Under the pieces are notes generated by a model. The model was given only the letters and a program-made list of their open reading frames with translations. It was not told where the DNA came from and did no database searches. DNA of 64,000 bases from Lingula anatina (Eukaryota > Animalia > Brachiopoda), in NCBI GenBank assembly GCA_051362555.1, contig CM120648.1:2972587-3036586 (forward strand). Reading direction: 5' to 3'. Position 1 is the first letter of the stretch; each line of letters opens with the position of its first letter. Made by a program: the position numbers and the translations under genes. Below are positions 41,441 through 53,995 of the stretch, in pieces.

Positions 41441-43606
41441 GTGGAGGGAGAGGAAAATTTTCAAACATGTTAAAATAATAAAATATAAACAAGTAGGCCT
41501 AATACGTTAATTGTGTGTACTGTTGTATTGGCCTTCTATTGTACGTATTCATCACAAAGTATATTATCAGTGTCTGTTAGGTGTGAAGGAGAGAGAGAGA
41601 GAGGAAAGAAGGGAGGTAGGAAGGGAGGGAGTGAAGCGTTATCCAACATGTAAAACTAATAAGGATATACAAGTAATAAATTGTGTGTCCTGCTTTACTA
41701 CAGGTACATCGTACGTATCCATCACAAAATTATCAGTGTCTGTTCTATTATCCAGGTATGAGGGGAACAGTTTCTGTGCTGCCACCAATGGAGGGACCAG
41801 TTTGGAAGCCCCGTCTTTTCTGATACAAGGGGGCACCACCGCGGATAACATTCCAACTCACAAGCTGATTGGTCCAGCCGTCAAAATTGACATGACGTCA
41901 AAAGCAGCCGCTGACCCGGATGTACAGCTGACGGTGGAAGATATTGAGAACTGGGAAACCGCAAATGGACGAGTTCCCGATAATTCCATCCTATTCGTCT
42001 ACACAGGCTGGGGCCAGTATGTCGACAACCGGACTGCTTTCTTTGGAGACCCCAGCACAACAGAATGGCTAGACCCTCAAGGGAGGTCTTTGCTACATTT
42101 CCCTGGTATTTCTCCCGCCGCAGCGTCGTGGTTGGCCTCCAACCGAAAACTTTTGGGGATAGGGATAGACACACCATCTTTAGATTACGGCCAGAGCGTC
42201 GACAAGGCTGCAAGTGTCGCCCTCTACAGAGGAGGCATTTACGGACTGACGACGGTGGCAAATCTTGACAAACTTCCGACCAAAGGGGCGACGGTACTGG
42301 CATTTCCAGTCACCATCCGGGGGAGTAGTGGTGGTCCCGTCAGGATCGTGGCCTTGCTAGGGAAGACTCTGGAGGTAAAGGAAAGCGATGTTATTGACAT
42401 GACCTACGTGTTCAGTGTTGATACCACATACTGGCCTGGGGCCGGAAGTTTTAACATCACGTCCGTCGTTAAGGGACCGTCTGGGAATATGACCTGGTAG
42501 GTTAAGATGTAGGAAAAGACGCGACGTCTGATTAATTAAAAAATTACCCGGTATGTTAGCGATAGTGAAAAAATTACCCGGTATGTTAGCGATAAAAGTT
42601 TTTCTTGCATCTCAGTCATTTCGAAAATATGGTTTTCATAAATATTTCTCTTCCTGCAGAGAACTTTTAGAGTTTTTATAACGAGTGTTGAGAGAAACGA
42701 GTATTACTTTCATTTATAAAATAGCTCTCTCCAGGACTTTCTTATATTTTTAAGAAAGGGGAGAATCATCTCCTGCTGTGATTTTACAAAAATGTTTGAT
42801 TTTTTCTCCACACAGTTGCGTTTATATAATACATCTCCATTATGTTGCACAAGAATTGAATGAATGAAGAATTGAACATAACGTCGTCCTTGTACTCCAG
42901 GTTAGACAGAGGCTATTTCTGTACCCCCGAACACGGCGGCAGCCATTTTGACTTCCCAGCTCACATGTTTCGAGGTGGATACCGCTCTCACGATGTTTCA
43001 GTCGAGAAAGTCATCGGACCAGCGGTCAAGGTGGACATTCAAGGTAAAGCCAATCAAGATCGTGACGCCCTCCTGTCTGTGGATGACCTTGAGAAGTGGG
43101 AAACAGTTAATGGGAAAATTCCAGACAACGCCATCGTGTTTGTTCAAACCGGATGGGGGAGATACTACGGAAACAGAACGGCGTATCTTGGCTCAAGCGA
43201 CACTCAGGTATGGACCGACTCCGCCGGAAAGTCTCAACTTCATTTCCCTGGCATCTCCGAGGAGGCTGCCAATTGGCTGAAAGACAATAGGAAGATTTCC
43301 GGGGTGGGGATAGATACTGCGTCACTCGATCGCGGGCAAACTGTGAACTTTGAAAGCCACGTGGCTTTCTTCAGTGTGAATATCTATGGCGTGGAAAACG
43401 TTGGCTATTTAGACAAATTGCCGACGACTGGGACAACTGCGTACATCTTGCCCATGTACCTGTTTGATGGAAGCGGTGGCCCTGCGCGGATCGTCGCCAT
43501 TAAAGAAAAAGAGGGAAAGGATACTAGTGGAGCTTCCGTCACTAGTTCATCTAGTTTCGTTTTGATAGTTACGATTTCCCTTCATTGTCTTGCTGACTTC
43601 TTCTAA
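41204..43606 (+). CDS. Secreted, probably GPI-anchored tandem cyclase-family (KynB kynurenine formamidase / isatin hydrolase-like) protein, 539 aa; exons 41204-41376, 41756-42496, 42901-43606
   Basis: Signal peptide MIRILLSLLIIGLAGKIEA; two repeats each with DMTY..T.YWPG, IGPAVK.D, TGWG, HFPGIS, GIDT.SLD.GQ, LDKLPT.G, G.GGP.RIVA. Domain 2 has HGGSHFDFPAH; C-terminal S-G-A, spacer and hydrophobic tail. Both introns are phase 2. Confidence 0.92.
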
Positions 43607-44601
43607 ACTGCAAGAACGTGAAGTATCCTGGATTGAAACGTGTGGTAATGTAGTAAGTCTAGGTTTTTCTACGGTTTCTAAAACAGGTGCGTGTACATGA
43701 AAAATTAAGACTGACTTATTAAAGATGGACAACTTTATTTTCCTAATATATCTGGTAAATCTTGCATTGGACTCATATATACATAGTGTAAACTGAACAT
43801 TTTTTCTCAATAAAAAGGTCTTGTTTGTCCTAACCGAATTCTTCTCATTTATTAAACTATACTTACCGACTTCTAACGTATGTAGGCAAAAAACAAATCC
43901 AAGCCCGTGCGACCAACTAAAGAACATCGGTTGTCACCTTGACGTCCGTTGCACTGATCTTCACACCTATCGCAATCCCTACACTTATATTATCAAAGGA
44001 TCATGGGCACTCAAAATGTTCGCCGTTTTGAAATAACAAAAAGCGGTTATCGTACTTATATACCTGTCTCCGGGAGACCACCGGAATGTCACCCAGCTGT
44101 TAAACAGAGCGCATTTAAAACATGTTGATCTGCAGACTTACGTTTCCAAGGATCAAATATGGCCAGCCCACTTAAAAGGTAGCCTCTCATAATCCCCTGA
44201 TAGTCTCCCGGCCTCCATACCTGCCGTCCCCTGAAGGGCCTAGCAATAAAACCTCGGGACCGAAATTTATTTCGTTTCATGGCGCGTGTAGAGGCGGCGA
44301 GACCATAAGGAGGTTAAGAGGCTTCTTTTTTTTGTCATATTTAGTCCGCAGATCAGTAAGTCCGCAGGTCATCTGTTCTGAATATTCTCATAGTGCCAGT
44401 CACTCGTATCTGTTTCCGTACCCCAGTTCACTTTGTGGAGCTATAATAGCAGCCGGCTACCGAGTTACAATTGTTTCAACAGCCCTACCGTCTTCGAAGA
44501 ACATGGGAGGCGATTTTAAACATAAGCTTTCTTTAATTGGTCTTAATCCAGCATTTTGCCCTTTTAAACAGGGGGCAAGGGATTAAGTTGCCATTTTGCT
44601 C

Positions 44602-44638
<37 letters not shown>

Positions 44639-45083
44639 GCACATACCGTACAACAATAATAAACAACATTTATAAAAACAAAAACATAAAAAAGGAAAAT
44701 GACCTAAATCCCAACTTAAAACACAGGCTGGACCGCTGATTTTTGTTATACACTACGACATATTTTATAACGTGTATAAGACGAACAGATTATTATAAGA
44801 ATAGATGACAGAATGGACGCAGTGTCAGGAGACCAGTGTATGTTATGATATATGGACTTTGCTGCTCTCCTTAACCCGCGTGACTACCTGGTGACTTTTA
44901 TCAGACTTTTATGGGCACATCTTAACCAAGGTATGTTAAATATTCGCTTAATATCGGTTTATATTCGGGTCTATTAGTAAATGCGATAATAGTACGGTTC
45001 TATATAAATTGGTAAAACAAATCTACAGCAATGATCTTGATTTTGCGTTCTTCCGTGTTCAAGAGTGTTACATGTATGTGTGC

Positions 45084-45121
<38 letters not shown>

Positions 45122-45545
45122 TGTGCGTGCCAGTGTGTGTTTGTATTTGTATATGATGATTTGTGTGTAAACATTTGCGTTTGTGTTTATGATTGCTATG
45201 TGTAATTTTGTTTGCGTGTGTGAATACCAGCCATCAAATAGTTTGGTAGTTGTGTTGCTGTTTCTATTGTGATAATTTAGGTCTACGTGAGTTTTTTATC
45301 TTACCTTATCAACAGACAACAGCACATTCTTCCTTGTTTATTAACTGAAAATGGTACTTTAAGCTAAAAGCAGATAAGTATTGGCCTAGATACTTTGCGT
45401 CATGTCAGCGAGCATCCACAGGTACCTAGCCGCGGAAAAAAGTACCAAACGACAGTAATCTCTTTCCATCGGCGTCTGCTGAACACACAAACCATTTACT
45501 TCATTGAAGGTGAATACATGTACAAAGCGAGGGGGGCATGTCCAT

Positions 45546-45720
45546 GGCCGCATTCAGAACAATGGACTAACTGGTCCGAGGGCCAAATATGGCGACCCAA
45601 CACAAAGCTTGTCGTCTAATCCGCTAATAGACACTGAATAGATTCCCCGTGGGGAATTATTCAAGTGGGTCGGCCATATTTGACACTCGGACCAGTTAGT
45701 CAACTGTTCTGAAAGCGGTC
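45546..45720. mobile_element. MITE family 2, specific to the upstream region of tetraspan copy 1
   Basis: ggccgcattcagaaca..gactaactggtccgag / ctcggaccagttagtc..tgttctgaaagcggtc; the empty site catgtctaattctt is seen at ~56001 and ~60938. Confidence 0.85.
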
Positions 45721-46573
45721 TATTTCTTACCACTTTTTCTGATAGATGATGTTTCAAATAGCATAACTTAAAGATATACCACATAATTTCATTTTATTAC
45801 CCCCATCCCTCCCGAGATAATAATATTTGAACATATATTTTCTGCTTACTTTCTGTGGTATATTTAACCCTCGGTCGTTTTCACCAACTCTCACTTGATT
45901 AATTATGCAACTTCACGAGCAGCAGTAATGCACCATACATTACGTATACATTACTACGTCACTTGGTGGACTTTAAAGAACTGGAGGGACAGAAAAGTAG
46001 GTCAGATTTACAACCAGAAGAAAGTGCAATTTTAAACCTTTTTTCGGCTGATCGAACGCTTAATTTGGTTTATTTGCTGATAAGTGGTCTCTATTTTGTA
46101 TGTGTGAGAATCATGTGACACTAGAAATTTATATACGAGTACCTAACATCAGTTTGTATGTATTATAAAGTTATTCTTGAAAGAGATAAGCGAAAACTAT
46201 GCTTAAGGTAATATACGTCAGGTGATCAAGAGACCCTTCGTAGCCTGAATCATACCAGCATGTCCATCATATTTACTCAGTGCAGTTCAGACCACTGTTA
46301 AGTTCCTATTAAGTTTTGTCGGGACGGTGGGCATCTCGGTTTGACGTGCTATTTATCTGCTGATAATCTGTATCGATAAAAAACCGGAACCTATGCCGAT
46401 CCGGTCACCTTAAGACTAACGCTACTTGTACAGTACGACACTGGACGCCATTTTAAAGGGATATATGCAGTGACAGAAGTGAAACAAAAGCTGTCAAAAA
46501 CATGATAATTCCGATAAAATATCAAGGTTTATTTGTAGGTGAATTCAGCCGTGAAAAAGGGACTCCTTAAATC

Positions 46574-46660
46574 ATGTCGACGGCACCCACAGAATTGGAC
46601 CGGCTCTTGCCGCCGGCTTACTCCCCAATGGATACAGGCAGGTATGTTACACTTGAGGGA

Positions 46661-46701
<41 letters not shown>

Positions 46702-47664
46702 GGTAATTGTGCGTGCTAAATTGCATGTTTGCCCACTCAGGTCTGCTACACCTGGGGAATTGGTTTGTGCATGCTTGCGTGTGTGTCAAGACTCTACCCG
46801 CACGAAAACGCAGTAGATACTCCAGCGCAGTAGACTACTGCAATCATACTGCAAACATGCCTCAAATCTGCTTCGATTTGGGAGCTAATTAGCATATTTG
46901 AAGCATGCTTCTATCATGCTGCTAATCTACTGCATTAATGCTCCTCCTCTGTACAACCCTATGTAATTTTTGAAGTAGAATTGCAGTAGGCTATACTGCA
47001 TTTCTACTGCAAATATGCTCCACAACACTACTGGACTGATGCTTCTTTCCTACTTCGATACTACTGCACTTTCGTGTGGGTATAGTCTTCATTTTTCTCA
47101 TTAGGTGACCGGCATGGGTAAAAAAAGTCGTTTTTTTCATTGGGCATTTTGGTATTATTTCTAGAACAGCCTTATGCACCAGGGAAATTAATGATATTTT
47201 ATATTGGAATCCATCCAATGATCTCCAAATAATTATTAAAAAATGTAGAACCTAACGTGTTTTCAAACCACTACTATTAATTACGTCTCTTGTTTTACGA
47301 TTTCAGTCACCACGGCCGCACGAACCATTTCTATAAAGAAAAAACACTGAGATATATCGGCGTCCTGCATATAGTCGTGGGAGTGTTGTGTTTTGTCCTA
47401 GGCGTCTGTTTTGTCATTGGTCTACCGTCGTTCTTCCAAACCAACCATACTTCCCCTCCTTGGCCAGGCGCATTTGAGCCATACAGTACGTACAATGCAA
47501 GAAACTGGATTGGAGTGATTGCCGGATCTTTGGTAATATGGCAGCTTTGGCCATTTTAACACTTAGTGTTCGTGATTGTTTTGATAACCTTATTTTCCCT
47601 TTTTTCTGTTTAATATTCCGTCTTTTGGTCATGTTTATTACTCTTAAGAATCATTTTTTTCAAA

Positions 47665-47762
<98 letters not shown>

Positions 47763-47885
47763 GTCTGTCATTTCAGTTCATCATGACCGGAATCTTTGGC
47801 GTAATAGCCGGAGGAAGAAATACATGTTTGGTATGTCGACAGTTACAATACAATTTGTTTCTTTTTTTTAACAAGGAAGCAAGAA

Positions 47886-47921
<36 letters not shown>

Positions 47922-48836
47922 GTATATGATAAACGCTTTAAACTCCAACGTTAACTCAAGTCCTTTTCTGCTTATTGGAGATTGCCTATCACATTTCATG
48001 TGCCTGTAGCATAGTTGTACATCAGGCTCATAGCCAGCAATTTCAAAGGAGGGGGGGTCTTTTTCTGAAAATAAAGTCGACCTTTTTACCGCGAAACCTA
48101 CAGTACATTTGCTTTATTTTTATGTTTTCATAAAAGACAAATATACACAACAATTGGCAGACTTAAAATCATGTTTAGTTTATCGAAAAGTGGTAAAAAT
48201 TACAACCCTTGACTGGAAGGGGGTGACAGAGAAAAAGTGATGGTATAAACCTCAGGATGATAGCTATGAGCCAGTCTACAGAATTAAATATTGCAAATCT
48301 CCTCGGAGTCCACAGCGCTAACCTGAAAGTGTAACAGCTGGCTCCTCAATCTTAAGCGATCAAAAGTTACCTAGTCTTTGTTTATAATTAAAACAAGACA
48401 TCCACTTTTACAAGCCGGACCCCCTAAGTTGACCCAAACTGAGAAATGTAATAGAAGCTAGATCAAATTTTGGTACAGAGCGGACCTTTTCCCTGAGAAA
48501 AGGGCGATTCGTTAGAACTCCCCGAACCTCCCCCCCCCCCCCCCCGGCTCCGGGCCTTGACATTCATATATTTTATTGAATTTTTCAAAATTACTATGTT
48601 TAATGTAAAATACTGTGTGTGTCTTAAACACACACACACACACACACACACACTGAGGTAATAGTAAACGCATAAGCCGTTGGTTACAGATTGGTTTCTA
48701 CATGACTGCATCAGTTGCTTCTACCTTGGTCGCCTTTGGCCTGTTATTGATCCCCTCGCTGGATGACCTGAGCAACGTCGGCGGAGCTTTCGAGGATGAT
48801 GCAGAATATGCTCAGCTGCAGGTATGTTCTTTTGCC

Positions 48837-48881
<45 letters not shown>

Positions 48882-49933
48882 AGACACACTTACTCCTACA
48901 CACATGCGCGCATTTAATGGTTTGTTTCTTTACGTAATTATCAGCTTAAACTATCAAATAAATATATATCCCCATTTACGACTGATAATCTGTGTCTGAA
49001 AGATGATATGCTTTTCGATAGGAGTGAACAGTACGAATGCATAGATTATTTAGAATCATATTAGAGAAAATAAAAAGGTGAAAGGGTCCTGTGCGATGGG
49101 AATATTAGGCCGAGGATGAAATAAGAGCAATATTCTACTTTTAGGCGTGGACAGTGCTGATATGTATGTGTGGGGTCATGGTTTCACTCGCCGTACTCGA
49201 GGGAATGTTGTCACTGGCATCTCTCATACTCTGTGCCTTGAGCGTGTGTCGTTGTTGTAAAAAGGTTAGTACTGGCGAATCTTGACGTTAGGCCACTTTT
49301 GAATACCAACAATCCTATGACCTTGTCTACGGGAGCATTCACACAGAGGAGAGACGAAGTCTAATAAGGCCTCGACCTAAATATGACGGACCTACATAAA
49401 GAGGGAAACCGCTTAATCTTGTAATGGTCTCTCCGCCTTTCACACGGCTACCCACGCGTCGTCCCTCGACCGGTTGAATTGAGCATATATTCAATTAGTA
49501 CGCCCCTGCAGGGACGACGCGCGGGGAGGCGTGTGAGAGGCGAGAGACCATTAATGGATTAAGCGGTCTTCCTTTCATGTAGGTCCGCCATATTTAGGTG
49601 GCGGCCTTTTTAGACCTCGGCTCTTCTCGATGTGAATGCTCCCTTTTATAATGTCAATAATTTTATATAAGAAAGAGGGTAAAAATGGTAAAAATATTTT
49701 TTTGAAATCTTGGTGACAAGCAACAGGGGTGACCTGAGGGTTAACAACATAGAAAATAACAGACTTGAATTGTGAACTGAAACTTCCACTTTTGGGTACC
49801 CAGGATAATAACACATAGGTTTGAAATATATCAATTTCTTTTTCAGCGCGAGGTGCCGGCCTCACTGCCAGGTTACACTGCGACTGCGCGACCGGAAAGC
49901 CGAGGGCCTAGTGCCCCTCCGCCACAAATCTAA
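46574..49933 (+). CDS. MS4A/CD20-like four-TM protein, copy 1, 228 aa; exons 46574-46641, 47307-47532, 47777-47830, 48690-48821, 49145-49264, 49847-49933
   Basis: Open spliced frame. TM1 IGVLHIVVGVLCFVLGVCFV, TM2 WIGVIAGSLFIMTGIFGVIA, RNTCL then TM3, TM4 with conserved Glu and ending in C..VCRCC: the typical CD20-family pattern. N-terminal PPAY, C-terminal PSAPPP. Confidence 0.85.
46797..47080. mobile_element. MITE with CCC...GGG termini and TA TSD in an intron of tetraspan copy 1
   Basis: ta|cccgcacgaaaacgcagtag...ctactgcactttcgtgtggg|ta; absent at the paralogous sites (~52285, ~57055). Confidence 0.85.
47667..47759. repeat. (TA)n microsatellite; representative of many (TA)n, (CA)n, (GA)n and poly-T tracts (e.g. 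~24496-24563, ~36229-36308, ~13737-13813)
   Basis: Directly visible. Confidence 0.95.
49331..49643. mobile_element. Nearly fully palindromic MITE (~140-bp arms) in the last intron of tetraspan copy 1
   Basis: gggagcattcaca...cctaaatatgacggacctacat...cgcgtcgtccct / agggacgacgcg...atgtaggtccgccatatttagg...tgtgaatgctccc; empty site at ~54075 and ~58795. Confidence 0.88.
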
Positions 49934-50864
49934 TTCCAGCAACTATTTTCCAGTACATGTATATTGTGCTTTACGATGGTGCAAAATGTGGAATCAAGAG
50001 AAGAAAAATCTGCCAATTTAGAAAAAGCATTATTTCTGTTATATATCTACATGTGTTTATCTGCATGTTTTATTTATTTTCATTTTCCTCATTTCTACCA
50101 TTCTATAAGGTCTGTTCGGAAACGACACTTCCGATCAAAATGGAAAATTTTTCAGTGACTTCGCCAACAAATATAATTTAACTGAGATCTTTGTGTGGTA
50201 AAATCTGAACGAGAGCCTGGCAGGAGCAAGCTCCAGATGTCAACGCTAGTGTACATTTTATGTTTTCGCGCCATTGTGATTTGAATGATCTCCATGGAAA
50301 CCACGCGCTGATCTTTTAGGTGTTCTCCTTGAGTTCTCCTTGTCTGTTGCTGTAGAAATACTTCGAATGAACTCTGGGATAACTTCTGTTTTAAAAAAAC
50401 AGAAAGAAATAAAACTACATTTAATAAAGCCGGTGTGTTTCAGTAAATAAAAAAAAATGTGTAATATTATTTTATTCAAAAATATTTAAATGTAGAAAGG
50501 TTTTCAAAACGAATTGTTGATGCCCAGAAGGCATTTCACAGTATCATACCTCAGATCAAATGAGATGAGAAGCACCTACTTTCCAACCCCGCTGAGAATC
50601 ACACCGCGTACTAGGCAAGATCGGTGTCGCGTCTGATAATTCGAAGCGCGTACTGACGCACAACTTGAAAACAGATAGTGTGGTCCGATATACCGGTGAA
50701 TTCATAATCATTCGGTGTCGATTCTGGTAGTTGGGTAGACCTATTAATATCGGTTTATATTTGGATTTATTAGTCTATATTGGTAAATGCGATAATTGTA
50801 CGATTCTATATAAAATGGTAAAACAAATCTACAGCAATGATCGTGATTTTGAGCGCGTTCTTCC

Positions 50865-50903
<39 letters not shown>

Positions 50904-52038
50904 TGTGTGTGTGTGTGTGTGTGTGTATTTATATATGATGATTTGTGAGTGAACATTTGCATTTGTCTGTACGATTGATATGTGTAATTTTGTGTGTGTG
51001 TGTGTGTGATTATCATAATATATCGTTAATATATAGTTCGCCAGTTGTTTTGCTGTCCCTAATTGTGATGATTTAGGTCTACGTGTGTTTTTAATATTCC
51101 CTTATCAACAGTCGACAATGCATTTCTATTTTTTATTAATTTAATAATTGCACTCCCAGCTGAAAGCAGATACGTTTTAGCCTAAAAAAGCCCTATATTA
51201 TACCGACTTAATTCCCCTTATATTGGTGTGTGTTGGACACTCTAACTGTTTAATTAAATGGAGATGAGTACCACTTGTCACCACACAGTTTCAAATAGCA
51301 TAACTTGAATAAATATCAAAGAATTTCATTTTACTTCCCCCTCAAAAAAAAAAAAAAAAAAAATGCGCCATACGTGTAAATTATCCCGTCACTTGGTGGG
51401 CTTTTAGAAACTAGAGGGACAGGACACCTTTTCAACCAAACATTTTAAGAAATTGCATTTAAAGCCTTTTTCGGCTGATCAAGTGTTTAATTTGGTTTAT
51501 TCATTGGCATGTGGTTTTTATTATGAATGTGCAAGAAACTGGCAGCACCAGTGATTTATATACGATTCACAAGGTATCTCCGATCGCTTTGTACTGATGA
51601 GTTTGCATCATAAAATTTATTTTTAAACGAGATAATGGAAAACTGCGCTAAAAACAATGCAGGTCAGCTGATCAAGAGGCCAGTTTGAACCAGAATCATA
51701 ACAGCACTTTTGTCATTTTAGGGTGGTGAATGTATTTCAGACCACATTTACTATTTTAAAAGTTTCTATTAAGTTACTTTTAAGGGTAAGTATTGGTGGA
51801 ACGCTATACATCACAGTTTGACATGCTATTAATCTGCTGATAATCTGTATCGATGAAAACCGGAACCTGCGCCGTTTCGGTCACCTTGAGACTAACGCTT
51901 GGACATTGGACAACCTTTTAAATGAATTTCTGCAATGACAAAAGTGAAAAAGAAGCTGGCATAAACAGGATATTTCCGGTGAATAATCATGGTTTCTTTG
52001 TAGGCCTAGTCAGCCGTCAAAAAGGCACTCTTTAAATC

Positions 52039-52142
52039 ATGTCGACGCCGCCCAAAGAATTGGACCCGCTCTTGCCGCCGTCTTACTCCGTAGGTGATCC
52101 ATACAGGTCTGTAACTCCTGTAAAAATGGAATGCAGGATACA

Positions 52143-52187
<45 letters not shown>

Positions 52188-52901
52188 TTGTAAGTGTGTG
52201 TGCGTGCTAAATCGCACCTTGGTACACTCAGATCTGCAGCACATATGAAATTGGTGAGTGCGTGCTTGCGTGTGTGTCAAGATTTTAGTCTTATTTATTT
52301 CTCTTTGTTTGTGTGATATATGGACTGATGGGTGAAAACATTGTTTTGAAATTATTTCTAGAACAGCCTTATATACCAGGGTTATTATTAAAATTTCCTA
52401 TTGAAATCCATCCAATGAACTCCAAATATTATATAATTATTTAAAAGTTTAGAACCTAACGTGTTTTACAACCACTAATCTTTATTACGTTTCTTGCTTC
52501 ACATTTTCAGTGACCACAGCCGTACAAACCATTCCTATAAAGAAAAAACACTAAGATGCATGGGTGTCTTGCATATAGTCGTGGGAGTGTTATGTTTTGT
52601 CTTCGGCGTCTGTTTTGCCTTCAAAACAAACCATGACTACCCGCCCATGCCAATCGTACTTGACCCATACAGTACGAGGTACTGGGTGGGAGTAATTGCC
52701 GGATCTTTGGTAATATGGCCGCTTTGGTTCTGTTGTCATTTTTAACAGTCTGGAGTCTTTTGGATTGTTTTGATAACCATATATTCTGTCTTTTTCTGTT
52801 TAATATTATGCGTTTTTGTCATGTTTATTCTTAATTACCTCTTTTTTTCAGAATATATATATATATATGTATATATTTGTGTGTGTGTGTGTGTGTGCGT
52901 T

Positions 52902-52952
<51 letters not shown>

Positions 52953-53337
52953 GGTTGGGGGGAGAGGGAAGGATCTTTTAATTAAACATACATTAAAACA
53001 ATTTAATTCAAATAGTTGTCTGTCATTTTAGTTCATCATCACCGGGATCTTTGGAGTGATAGCCCGACGAAGAAATACATATTTGGTATGTGTGGATAAA
53101 TTTCCAATATGTTTCTCTTATCTTTAGAAGATATCAAGAAACTAGATAAATGAAAATCTTTAAAACTTGAAGTTGACTCAAGCCCTTTTATGCGTACGGG
53201 AGACTCTCTTTCTCGTTTCATGTAGCATATATGTACTAGTACATTCAAATTTTTATATTGACTTTTTCAATTACTATGATTAATGTAAAATACTGATAAA
53301 GTGAGGATTATATCGTTGTGTGTGTGTGTGTTTTTGG

Positions 53338-53378
<41 letters not shown>

Positions 53379-53556
53379 TATCGACGTACTAGTAAACTTA
53401 AAAGCTGCTGGTTACAGATCGGTTTCTACATGGCTGGAACAGTCGTTGCTACCTTGGTCGCCTGTGGTCCGTTATTGATGTTCTCGCTGTATGACCTAAG
53501 AAATTATGGCAGATCTTTCAAGGATGATACAGAATATACCCATGTTTGTTCCTTTG

Positions 53557-53610
<54 letters not shown>

Positions 53611-53995
53611 GACACACACACGCACACAGACACACATGCGCGTGTTAAATGCGGGTTGGTTACGTTATTATCAGCCTTAAATATTGTATCTGTCCCAATT
53701 ACCACTTTTGATAATCTGCATCTGAAAGAGCACATGCTTTCCGACGTGAAGTAGTGAACAGTAGCCCGTGAATCTGTAGAATCTTATTTGAAAAAAAAAG
53801 AAAAAAAAGAAAAAATGACATGTAAAAACATCAGCAGACAGGGATCTGTGCGATGGGAATAAGAAAATAAGAACACTATTCTATTTTCAGGCATGGACGG
53901 TGCTGATGTGTATGTGTGGGATCATGGCTTCACTCGCCGTTCTTGAGGGGATGTTGTCATTGACATCCCTCATGCTCTGTGCGTTTAATGTGTAG
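52039..53995 (+). CDS. MS4A/CD20-like copy 2, C-terminally truncated (or young pseudogene); exons 52039-52106, 52511-52709, 53032-53085, 53418-53543, 53891-53995
   Basis: Frame is open through TM4, then TAG at 53993-53995 where copies 1 and 3 have TGT (Cys). The former last exon (from 54282) carries a 1-nt deletion, and the donor at 53544 is weakened (CAT|gtttgt). Confidence 0.75.

Noticed and set aside
41511-41755. N-terminal part of the 329-aa ORF
   Set aside because: Intron sequence upstream of the acceptor at 41755.
41204-43606. Bacterial contamination or recent horizontal transfer of the cyclase gene
   Set aside because: It has spliceosomal introns at homologous positions, eukaryotic targeting signals and host-type repeats in its introns.
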